Shown: positions 1 through 12,100 of the stretch, in pieces
Layout: every line of letters starts with the position of its first letter
Position numbering within the stretch: position 1 is the first letter of the stretch
From: Anthoceros angustus
Taxonomy: Eukaryota; Plantae; Anthocerotophyta
Assembly: GCA_010909165.1 (NCBI GenBank)
Contig: MU008173.1
Span: 372,001-436,000, forward strand
Length of the DNA stretch: 64,000 nt
Direction of reading: 5' to 3'
Made by a program: the position numbers and the translations under genes
Notes under the pieces: generated by a model
What the model saw: only the letters and a program-made list of their open reading frames with translations
What the model was told of the DNA's origin: nothing
The model's database searches: none

Positions 1-529
1 ATTCTATGGTGATGTTATATTTAATTATTTATTTTTATAAAATATCTTAAAATTATTAGAATAAATAATATCTTAGAATTTAGAGATATTAAATCATAAT
101 ATTATTTAGAGAATAACGATGCTGGAGTGTTCTACAATGTTAAAAAAATATAAATGTTCAGAAGTATTTCCTTGATAATGGCTCCATGGCTTAGTTTTAA
201 TATCTTATTATACATGTACTATTATCTATCTTGTCCGATGCTCACACTTTTAGTTATGAAGTATCTATTGTGTTACTAGCTTGCTTTGTACTTATTCTTT
301 ATTTGCACACGAAAATTTAGAGATTATAGTTTAGATTTATAGTAATATTTTTAATATTTTTCAGAAAGCTTAATTCTTTCTAAAAAGGGGGTTTAGATTT
401 ATGTATAAAACTTTAAGTGAGATCCTTAGGCTTGTACTATAATCTACAAAGAAGAAGAATATATAATAGTCCACTTGGACGGAATTTTCCTATCATGGGA
501 CTTAGTACTTAACAACTTGTACCGTGGTG

Positions 530-947
530 TGCCTAAGCTACTTGCAACAAGGGCATTCACTCCCTTTAGGCACCACCGGCCAGCTATCGCCGGCCGTGAC
601 AGAGAGAAGCTCAACGAGAAGGACTGGACACGAATCGGCGTACATGAGAGGCGCTAGCACGAGTAATGGCCAGACGAGCATGCCTAGGACATACCTGCTA
701 GAGCTAGACGAAGGAACCAAGGTTAGAACTAGAGGTTAGGCGAGGCGGGATTAAGCTAACCCTCGATCTAACCAAACCCGGTAGTTAAGTTAGCTCAGGT
801 AAAGAAACGGTCGGAACCTGGGACGCGGGGGGTATAAGAACTAGGTGCTCCCATAATCAGACTCTCTCGATTCCACACTCTCGCTTCTCCGCTCTTGCCG
901 GTCGGGTCATCAAGCTCGCGAGATGTCTGAGCTCATCTCCACTTACA
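530..947 (+). repeat. 5' LTR of the gypsy element (start approximate)
   Basis: 3' part (820-947) is similar to 26760-26888. 5' part TAAGCTACTTGCAACAAGGGCATTCACTCCCTTTAGG recurs as TGTAAGCTACTTGCACCAAGGGCATCCACTCCCTTTAGG at 26908-26946. Ends in CA just before the PBS. Confidence 0.75.
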
Positions 948-949
948 TC

Positions 950-961
950 TGGTATCAGAGC
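950..961 (+). promoter_or_regulatory. Primer-binding site complementary to the 3' end of initiator tRNA-Met
   Basis: TGGTATCAGAGC, 2 nt after the LTR-terminal CA; this is the canonical plant LTR-retrotransposon PBS. Confidence 0.9.
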
Positions 962-1800
962 AGGTCGATCAGGCAGGAGACATGACTCCAAGAGATCGCC
1001 AGATCTTTGATTGGATTTGTGCCTGCAGGTACAGAAGCTCACGACAAACGATGTAGGAGTGGGGAGCTATCACTGGAGCAGGAGCGTGGTCATTATGGGC
1101 GAGCCTCTGGACAAAAAGTGTTTTGATTCTTCGTTGGCTCGAGATCTGGTGGGAATCCCAGGGCAATTTCAAGGGGGCAGAGGCCTTCGTCAGAGAGCGG
1201 ATGTCAAGGCGAGATCCATACCTATAGGAGAAAGGAAGATGGAGAGTGCGCTGGGAAGGTGCAAGAAAAAGGAAGGCGAGAAGCGGAGCCACTCAGGCAG
1301 AGCAAGAAAGATCAAGAAGTGGAGCAGCTTTAGTGGAGCAGGAAAGATCAAGAATGTGAAGCTGAACGGAGCAGTGCCATTCAGAGGATTTGAGCTCGAG
1401 GAGATTTGTCACCTTGCAGTCGTGAGGTCTTGGACCCAAGACGATGCAAGAGGTGTTTTGATGCTTCAAGTTCTTGTCACCTTGCAGTTGTGAGGTCTTG
1501 GACCCAAGACGATGCAAGAGGCATTTTGACGCTTCAGATTCTTTACAAAAGTACTCGTGGGCAAGATGAGATAGTCCTTGAGCTGCATGGTCCCGAAACC
1601 CGCTCTGCAGTGGAAACGGGTTACGTATCGCAAGTCGAGATACAAGAGCTGCTAAACGTAATTGGCCGTGTTGGTTGAAGACGGTCAGAAATTCTGTCGA
1701 GTGTTGAAGTTCTGAACACCGGTGAATGCGTGGTTAAGCGAACAGTCAGAAACTTGCAATCTCCGTGTACGAGCAGCAACTGAGTCAAGTTCGGACCTGT

Positions 1801-4800
1801 GGTCATGATCATGCTGTGATTTCAAAGACCGCGAGGATTTCCGACTAGCCGCAAATACGAGTGTGAGCCAGCAACCCTACCTTCCTCGCCTGCACCACAG
1901 TCTCGTACTTCACCCTATAGATAGAGTTTGCAAGATCCCTTGCGGCTGCAGTGTGAGCAGATACATCTCGAGATCAGCCGAACTCCGATGCATGCGAGTA
2001 CTCACACCTGGGCTCCACCCTGCTAGTCCAAAGGAAGGTCCACAAGGCAGCGATCAACAGCACCGTTGGAATGCGTCGACCAATGCAAGGTGGACCTGCG
2101 AATCCGTTGCATGATCCTGCACGATCTGCAAGTGGAATTCAATTTCGATTCCAATCTGCCTTGCTGCAACAGGCCAATGAAACAGCACCTCACATTAGTG
2201 CTGACAGCTAAATTGAGAGAGCACAAGCTGTTTGCTAGAAGAAAGAAGTGCGAACTCTTCAGCAACAAGGTGCATTATCTAGGCTTCATAATATCTCCTG
2301 CTAGTGTTGAAGTTGACCCCAAGAAGGTGCAAGCTATTCAGATAGCCTTAATCTCACGGAGATGTGCACAGCCTCGCAGGTATGTGTGCAAATGAAGTCC
2401 TTCATACCTCAATATGCAAAGGTGGCCATTCCCTTGACCGACCTGACATGCAAGCTTGCAAAATTCCCCATGTGAGCGACAGCAGAAGCAGCATTCAGAA
2501 ACTTGAAAGAGGCAATTGCATCTACAACTGTTCTTATATTGCCAAATATGAAGAAGCTGTTTGTCGTGAGAACAGACGCTTAAGACTTTGCATTAGGAGC
2601 AGTCCTGCAGCAAGAAGGGAAGAGCACCAATTACTTGTACAGGAAATTGCAAGGGCCAGAGCTCAACTACACCACTCATGACAAGGAGCTCCTAGCAGCG
2701 GTGTATGCATTAAAAGCCTAGAGACATTACCTGTATGGGAGTGAGTTCGTTGCCTACATGGATCACAGAAGTCTAGAGCATTTTTACGAGCAGCCCTTGC
2801 TCAACCCTCGACAAAGAAGATGGGCCGAATTTTTGGGCCTACGCAACTTGGCGACAAGTTCAAGGTGCACCAAGGGTGCCTGTACAGAAAAGGCAAGTTG
2901 TGCGTACCTGCTAACTATGTTGACCTCAAATTGTCTCTCTTGCATGATGCGCACGATGCTCCCATCGGCGGACACATGGGAATAGATAAGTCTTATCAGT
3001 GCTTGAAACAACATGTGTGGTGGAAACAAATGAGGATAGAATGTGTCAAGCATCCCTACTAGAAATGGGCACCCTATGTTACACTTTATGTTAAGATTTG
3101 GACCCCTGGATGTAACACTCATGTTACAATTTTGGGGTCATGTAACACTTTTGGGCCCCTTGTTACACTTTGGCTTGGAAACCATACCACACGTTGTTGC
3201 AATCATGTTGCAATGGTGTTGCAATTATGTTAAGATGAAGTGAGAGGTGGTTTTGCCTCTCTCAAAATTGCAACATGATTGCAACATCTAAAGTGTTACA
3301 AGAGAGGTCTTGTAACACTTTTGGAGGCTTGGTACCGAACCTCCTCCCCATCCACCATTGCCCTTTTACTTTTGCCCTTTGAAATACCACGTTTTACTTG
3401 GTAGTTACCACCGATACGCCTTCAATACGACCATATACAAATACGTATCAATACATCCTTGTACTATACGCATGTAGTCTACTATGATAAATGTAATGTA
3501 TTATTCTAAGTGCTATACGGCGTATTCAATTTCATATAAAATAAGTTTGTATATTATTACACATATTACATCGGTCCGTACATATTCATGGTACGATACT
3601 TTGTATTTACTATACGTGTAAATAGCGACGGCCCTTTATACCCCTACTTTATAGCATGCTGGCTTGCGGTTTGTCCTTCCCACGTCAACAATAGCCATCG
3701 GCTCGCCATGGCGCCCAAGAAGATATTGTCCCCACCTATCACCTTATTGTGACGCATCACCGTGAGGTTATGCCCTACAAGATTGTGCATGCGGAGGAGA
3801 TTTGGTATGCGCTGGCTTATGCTTTTCTCGCCTCCATGTAAGGCACTTCCTACTCCATCGTATGCACTGTGAAACTTCCGCCTCCTGCTCGATTCGCAAT
3901 TTTCTTCTTCCCCCACTTGCGTTTGGCCGAGGCAAGCTTTGCCACTTCCTCCGCTTCCTCCTCGCCTTGCAGTACACACATTGCACATACAAACCAGCAT
4001 GGTCATGATCATCTGTGATTTCAAAGACCGCGAGGATTTCCGACTAGCCGCAAATACGAGTGTGAGCCAGCAACCCTACCTTCCTCGCCCGGCCTGCCAC
4101 AGTCTCGTACTTCACCCCTATAGATAACAGGATTTGCAGCATCCCTTGCGGCCTGCAGGTGTGAGCAGATACATCTCGAGATCAGCCGAACTCCGATGCA
4201 TGCGAGTACTCACACCTGGGCTCCACCCTGCTAGTCCAAAGGAAGGTCCACAAGGCAGCGATCAACAGCACCGTTGGAATGCGTCGACCAATGCAAGGTG
4301 GACCTGCGAATCCGTTGCATGATCCCGCACGATCTCGCAAGTGGAATTCAATTCGATTCCAATCGCCTGGCAGAATAAAGCAATGACCTCACATTAGTCG
4401 GACATTAAATTGAGAGAGCACAAGCTGTTTGCTAGAAGAAAGAAGTGCGAACTCTTCAGCAACAAGGTGCATTATCTAGGCTTCATAATATCTCCTGCTA
4501 GTGTTGAAGTTGACCCCAAGAAGGTGCAAGCTATTCAGGACTGGCCACTGCCCCAGAATCTCACGGAGATGTGCACAGCAGTTCCTGGGTATGTGTGTGC
4601 AAATGAAGTCCTTCATACCTCAATATGCAAAGGTGGCCATTCCCTTGACCGACCTGACATGCAAGCTTGCAAAATTCCCAGTGAGCGATGACGGCGTCGA
4701 AACTTGAAAGAGGCAATTGCATCTACCTCTTATATTGCCAAATATGAAGAAAATTGTCGTGAGAACAGACGCTTAAGACTTTGCATTAGGAGCAGTCCTG

Positions 4801-6170
4801 CAGCAAGAAGGGAAGAGCACCAATTACTTGTACAGGAAATTGCAAGGGCCAGAGCTCAACTACACCACTCATGACAAGGAGCTCCTAGCAGCAGTGTATG
4901 CATTAAAAGCCTAGAGACATTACAGTGGAGTGAGTTCTGCCTACATGGATCACAGTCTAGAGCATTTTCTGAGCAGCCTTGCTCAACCCTCGACAAAGAA
5001 GATGGGCAATTTTGGGCCTCACGACAAGTTCAAGGTGCACCAAGGGTGCCTGTCTGAAAAAGGCAAGTTGTGCGTGCACACTAACTATGTTGACCTCAAA
5101 TTGTCTCTCTTGCATGATGCATACGATGCTCCCATCGGACACATGGAATAGATAAGTCTTATCGATTGCTTGAAACAACATGTGTGGTGGAAACAAATGA
5201 GGATAGAATGTCAAGCATCCCTACTAGAAATGGGCACCCTATGTTACACTTTATGTTAAGATTTGGACCTGGATGTAACACTCATGTTGCAATTTTGGGG
5301 TCATGTAACACTTTTGGGCCCCTTGTTACACTTTGGCTTGGAAACCATACCACGGTATTGTTGCAATCATGTTGCAATGGTGTTGCAATTATGTTAAGAT
5401 GAAGTGAGAGGTGGTTTTGCCCTCTCTCAAAATTGCAACATGATTGCAACATCTAAAGTGTTACAAGAGAGGTCTTGTAACACTTTTGGAGGCTTGGTAC
5501 CGAACCTCCTCCCCATCCACCATTGCCCTTTTACTTTTGCCCTTTGAAATACCACGTTTTACTTGGTAGTTACCACCGATACGCCTTCAATACGACCATA
5601 TACAAATACGTATCAATACATCCTTGTACTATACGCATGTAGTCTACTATGATAAATGTAATGTATTATTCTAAGTGCTATACGGCGTATTCAATTTCAT
5701 ATAAAATAAGTTTGTATATTATTACACATATTACATCGGTCCGTACATATTCATGGTACGATACTTTGTATTTACTATACGTGTAAATAGCGACGGCCCT
5801 TTATACCCCTACTTTATAGCATGCTGGCTTGCGGTTTGTCCTTCCCACGTCAACAATAGCCATCGGCTCGCCATGGCGCCCAAGAAGATATTGTCCCCAC
5901 CTATCACCTTATTGTGACGCATCACCGTGAGGTTATGCCCTACAAGATTGTGCATGCGGAGGAGATTTGGTATGCGCTGGCTTATGCTTTTCGCCTCCAT
6001 GTAAGGCACTTCCTACTCCATCGTATGCACTGTGAAACTTCCGCCTCCTGCTCGATTCGCAATTTTCTTCTTCCCCCACTTGCGTTTGGCCGAGGCAAGC
6101 TTTGCCACTTCCTCCGCTTCCTCCCCGCCTTGCAGTACACACATTGCACATACAAACCAGCATGGCCGTC
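1801..6170. repeat. ~2.2-kb tandem duplication (1801-~4000 / ~4001-6170) covering gypsy RT/RH/IN remnants and the left end of the CCCTA element
   Basis: Near-identical ORF translations in both copies (e.g. 1863 vs 4134, 3043 vs 5166, 3644 vs 5809). The second copy has many small indels in its first ~1.2 kb. Confidence 0.92.
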
Positions 6171-9100
6171 ATGAGTTATCCAGTTAATGGGTTTCCACAA
6201 GCGTCCATTTGCCTTACCTTCCTCCGTCCTCCTCTTTTCTTCTCGCCTTCTTGCTGGACATTTTCCTCTTCCGTCCTCCTTCTTCCGCTGCAGCCTGCCT
6301 TGTCACTTGCCCACCGCCGCCTCCTCTACTCCTCCTCCTGCTTTTCCTCTTCGGCCTCCACCCTTTATCACGGTGGCATTGCCTCAACTGGGCTCCACTA
6401 TGTGTCCATGCTCTCGATCCGAGGCTGCAAGGTATGTGTCTGCACAAATTAGGCACATCGTCCTCTTCAAGACTGCCTCCTCTGCGTCCATGTTCTCTGC
6501 AGCCCCCACGTCTGTCCCTCGGCCTCCATCTGCATTGGCCTTTTGCCGATATCAAGCACTGCATGTTGCCCTCTTAGTCCTCCTTCATTCTCTCTCCCTC
6601 GACATCCGCCTCATGTTCGTTACGCCTTTTGCCCCCGCCCACCATGGCCGCTGGGTGATCCACTCGTCTGCCTCCGCCACCCGCCTCCTCCTAGTCCCCT
6701 GCGATTTTTGGCTGTCCATAGTGCACACAAGTGTGTTTCTTCGTGACGCTTGCCCCTCCGTGCTCCACCACCCGACTCGCCTCCACACACCTTGTTCCCG
6801 CCTCCATCGGCGCCACTCCATCTCGATCCCAACGGCCTCCACCCTCCCCATACATGGTCACACCGCGGCGGTCTCGCACCCTCCACCTCTTTTCCATTAT
6901 TTGCTTGCCCACCGACATGCCCTCCTGCCTCCATTGACCCCAATCCTGTGCATGCCTTCCACCAACCCTAGGCAATCGTGGTGTCGGCACCACAATATCG
7001 TCCACACTGCCACTCGGTTCCCCGCCGCCTCCTCCTCGCATGCTTCCTCAAGACCGCGCCCGCCTCCACTTCCCGCTCCTTGTTCATCCGCCTTTCCCCA
7101 TTCAAAGTCCTGCTGTCCCTCGCCCCTCCGGCCTCCTTCCTCCCAAGCCCCTTCCGCCATCGCATTCCTTGATAGCCTCTCGTCCATGTCACCACCTCGT
7201 GCACCATCGTTGCCTCCACCCCTTCCTTCCGCCCTCCCGTTCGATTAATTTTCTTCTTCCCCTCCCACTTGCGTTTGGCGAGGCAAGCTTTGCCACTTCC
7301 TCCGCTTCCCTCACGCCTTACATTACACATACAAACCAGCATGGCCGTCATGAGTTATCCAGTTAATGGGTTTCCAGCTGTTTGCCTTACCTTCCTCCGG
7401 TCCCTCTTTTCTTACGCCCTTGCTGGACATTTTCCTCTTCCGTCCTCCTTCTTCCGGTGCAGCCGTGCCCTTGTCACTTGCCCACCGCCTCCTCTACTCC
7501 TCCTCCGTTTTCCTCTTCGGCCTCCACCCTTTATCACAGTGCCTCAAGGGCTCCACTATGCAGTCCATGCTCTCGGCATCAGAGGCAAGGTATGTGTCTG
7601 CACATTAGGCACATCGTCCTCTTCCTGCCTCCTGCGTCCATGTTCTCTGCAGCGTCCCCCCGTCTGTCCCCCGGCCTCCATCGGCATTGGCCTTTTGCGA
7701 TATCAAGCACTGCATGTTGCCCTCTTAGTCCTCCTTCTCTCTCCCCTCGACATCCGCCTCATGTTCGTTCTGCCTTTTGCCCCTGCCCACCATGGCTGCT
7801 GCTGGGTGATCCACTCGTCGTCCTCCGCCCGCTCCTCCTAGTCCCCTGCGATTTTTGGCTGTCCATAGTGCACACAAGTGTGTTTCTTCACTGGTGACGG
7901 TTCGGTTGCCCCCTCTGCTCCACCACCCGACTCCGCCTCCACACACCTTGTTCCTCCGCGTCGTCACTCCATCGATCCCACGGCCTCCACCCTCCCCATA
8001 CATGGCCGTCACGGTCTCGGGCACCCTCCACCTCTTTTCCATTATTTGCTTGCCCCACGGCCTCGTTGCCTGCCTCCATTGACCCCAATCCGGGCATGCG
8101 GCTTCCACCAACCCTAGGCAATCGTGGTGTCGGGCACCACAATATCGCCCACACTGTCACTCGGTTCCCCCCTCCGATGCCTCCCTCCTGCATGCTTCCT
8201 CAAGACGCGCCTCTCCTCTCCACTTCCCGCTCCTTGTTCATCATCGCCTTTCCCCATTCAAAGTCCGTTGTCCCTCGCCCCTCGGCCTCCTTCCTCCCAA
8301 GCCCCTTCCGCCATCGCATTCCTTGATAGCCTCTCGTCCATGTCACCACCTCGTGCACCATCGTTGCCTCCACCCCTTCCTTCCGCCTCCTCTTTTCTTC
8401 TCGCCTTCTTGCTGGACATTTTCCTCTTCCGTCCTCCTTCTTCCGGCCGCTGCCCGTGCCCTTGTCACTTGCCCACCGCCGCCGCCTCCTCTACTCCTCC
8501 TTCCTCTTCGGCCTCCACCCTTTATCACGGTGGCGTTGCCTCAACTGGGCTCCACTATGTGTCCATGCTCTCGATCCGAGGCTGCAAGGTATGTGTCTGC
8601 ACGAAATTAGGCACATCGTCCTCTTGACCGCCTCCTCCTGCGTCCATGTTCTCTGCAGCCCCCACGTCCTGTCCCTCGGCCTCCATCTGCATTGGCCTTT
8701 TGCCGATATCAAGCACTGCATGCCCTCTTAGTCCTCCTTCATTCTCTCCCTCGACATCCGCCTCATGTTCTACGCGCCTTTTGCCCTGCCCACCATGGCC
8801 GCTGGGTGATCCACTCGTCGTCCTCCGCCACCCGCCTCCTCCTAGTCCCCTGCGATTTTTGGCTGTCCATAGTGCACACAAGTGTGTTTCTTCCAGTGAC
8901 GGTTGCCGTTGCCCCTGCTCCACCACTCCGCCTCCACACCTTGTTCCCGCCTCCATCGGCGCCACTCCATCTCGATCCCAACGGCCTCCACCCTCCCCAT
9001 ACATGGCGCCACACTGGTCTCGCACCCTCCACCTCTTTTCCATTATTTGCTTGCTGCCCACCGCCGCCTCCATTGACCCCAATCCTGTGCATGCGCTTCC

Positions 9101-12100
9101 ACCAACCCTAGGCAATCGTGGTGTCGCGGCACCACAATATCGCCCACACTGCCACTCGGTTCCCTCCGCTGCCTCCCTCCTGCTTCCTCAAGAGCGCCGC
9201 CGCCTCCACTTCCCGCTCCTTGTTCATCGCCACCTTTCCCCATTCAAAGTCCTGTTGTCCTCGCCCCTCCGGCCTCCTTCCTCCCAAGCCCCTTCCGCGC
9301 CATCGCATTCCTTGATAGCCTCTCGTCCATGTCACCACCTCGTGCACCATCGTTGCCTCCCACCCCTTCCTTCCGTCCCTCGGAAAGGCCACCATATCGG
9401 ATCCATCTTCAATTCAATGTCGTTAAGCAAAATGGTCATTTCCTTGTTCTCCTTGCAATAGCCGAACCTCTAGGATCTTTTCATACACTCCCTATCTTAC
9501 TCTGAAGGAACTCGGCACGTAACCCCACTATCGCCTTTCACGATTTCCACCCTTTCCCTTCTAGCAATCGCCACCGCCTCCCCTCGAAAGGTTGCCTCCC
9601 TTGTCTCCAAGCTTGAACACCGCCAGATGCCAGTGCACATGTGTTACCCGTTTGTCCACCATGCCCACTCATCCGGCTGCAAACTTCGTAACGTGCACAC
9701 TTTGCCGTCACTTGCCGTTAACGCAGTCTGCGAAAACCCACCTCATCCAATGAAATAGCTCTTCATCTATTTCCTTCACTTCCGCAGACTCCAACTCCGC
9801 ATCCGTGGGCTGGGAGGTTCCACGTCTCAAAGTCGTCAAAATCAAGTCGGGGCTCGGCAGCCCCTCGCCTCTTACCTCACCGACTGCCTTCGACGAGGAG
9901 GCCGCTTCTTCACATCGCCGATGTCGAATGGAGACTGGTGCGGTGTGGATGAGCGAGATAGCCCGAGGCCATTTGGCCCCTCATCCTCCCCACCCAGACA
10001 TGGTCTCGCCGACGCCCGTCCACTGGTGTTCGCAGCGCCTTCGTGACTCCCTAGCAAGCTTCACCGCCATACTCCCATCCGCGAACCGGTTGTCCACCAC
10101 CTGCTTGTCAAGGCAATGGCTTCCTCTCGTGAAAGGTGCGGGCCATGAGTCCCTAGCCGAATTCAAGGCTGCTATTTTGAAAAGCTTTGTTTGCAAAGGC
10201 CCGGTGGTTGTCATTTACTCCTCTTGGCGGGAGCTGATGTGCACATGCTACTTGCCCATAATCGAACAATTTTCGACCACAACCTTGCGACTGGGAGCAA
10301 GTTTCATGTCCCATTGGTTATGACGTTACTCATGATGTATTATATTGCCCACATGGCGCACCGCCTCTCAATGCGCCCATTCGCATTTACCATTAATCAT
10401 CGCCTTCCACCGACCAAAGATTGCCTTGTGCATCCGGAGGGAGGAGACAATAGACTATAGCACTGCAAACCAATCACCATACATGATTTATTCCACTTTC
10501 AGCGTGACTCGAGTAGCGTGCGCAAGGGTGACTTGTCCGTCAACGGTATGGACGGGCACCAAACCATACCCATCCATTCCGCCAAGCAAACAAGAGTCAT
10601 CGAGTTTTATTGCGTGATGATGGGAAGTACAAGTAGTGATCAAGGATGAAGGACTTTCCCATCCCAATGTTTAATTACGGTAAGCATATGTCCCCACATT
10701 GTGAGGTATAAACCGCCCTCGCCACACGACGACGCTGCGTCTCCCCGAGACGGCAAAGAGCCAAGGGACGACGCCTCCATACCAGTCCTTGATGGCCGAC
10801 GAGGGAGAGCAACCTCCCATCCATCATCCTCGATGGCCATCGTCATGTGGAATTGCAGCCCTTGTCCTTAATGGCCATCGTCGGTTTCCACCACGTGCAA
10901 CAATAATGTGCACACACGCAATGATCCACAAATGATACGTGTCAGCGGAAGGCGGCGGTTTTGACTTATCGGATTCCACAAACACTTTAGCTGCAGGCAT
11001 GGACTTGTAGGTAGGCGAATAGGGCCAAAAAGTGTTCACATCCGCCACCTGAACCCCCACCATACCGTGTGGTCACGAACACCATGCCCGCACCATGTGG
11101 AAGGAACCACCTCGCCACCGAACGGCAAGTCCCCACGAGGATAGCCACAGAGAGCTCACTCCACGCCATGAGGCGGTGACACCGCCTCCAACCTTTGCAA
11201 AGGATCCTTGATGGCCATCAACGATTTCTAGTTGTGCACCAAGATGGAGACATGAACACACGCCTCGTGGTGCGAACTACCACTCCACGCCCATTTAGGT
11301 TTCCGACGGAAGCTAGCTCCGGCATACGCCAACATGTCCGTCATACATGGCATAAGGTAGCAGGAGAGCCGCAGTGCATGTTTCACGAAGAGGCTCGCCC
11401 GCGAGGATGACCAAGAGAAAGGTAGTAGCGTGCGAGGGGCAAGGTGGTGACATTTAAAGCGGACCACCACCTTCTATGTGCCCACTTGTGCCCCAGCCAC
11501 ATCGGGTTGCGGATGAGAGGATCTTGAATTTCAACTGCTCCTTACATGTGACAAACCAAACATGGCGCTTTGATGGTCGCCAGAGTGACGGTAAATGCAA
11601 TGAGTGTGAAGTGAGCGCGCCATAAAGGAGCGAATGAAGTTTGTTTTCATGTCTCCTAAGGGCTGGAAACTTTGCGGCGACGCCATAGTGACGCCGAGCC
11701 ACCCTAGCATGGTGCCGAGCGTGAATACATTATACGCTCGCCATGTGACGCATGATTGGTGGAGAGCGAATGGGAGTCTCGAACGATGGACATCATTATC
11801 TAGGAGAACGGAATTGGCATATATATGGCAAATTCACATACGACGGTCCTTCATTCATGGCATAATGAAAGGGGCATTTAGTTTGCTTGAATGGCTCTCA
11901 CGTGCCACCCACCGTCCTTGCACAATGGTGTAGATGTTGATATAGATTATTACCGAAGCAAAGCAAGCGCCGGGTTCAAACGACGGACGTGGCATGTTTT
12001 CTTCCATGCCATGAGTTTTCAATTATTCTAATGGCTTGCACCCACCTTCCTTGGACCATGGTGGAGGGAGAATTTTATTTGAGAGAAAGGGAACCATTGT

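Noticed and set aside
1-470. AT-rich stretch at the window start
   Set aside because: No ORF, repeat or terminal structure recognisable within the window.
950-961. tRNA gene
   Set aside because: Only a 12-nt match to the tRNA-iMet 3' end, i.e. a retrotransposon PBS; no cloverleaf.
6187-9461. Long Pro/Ser/Leu-rich ORFs (e.g. 6187-7248, 8646-9461)
   Set aside because: They are by-products of a C/T-rich triplicated TE-internal sequence; frames are not conserved between copies and no domain is recognisable.
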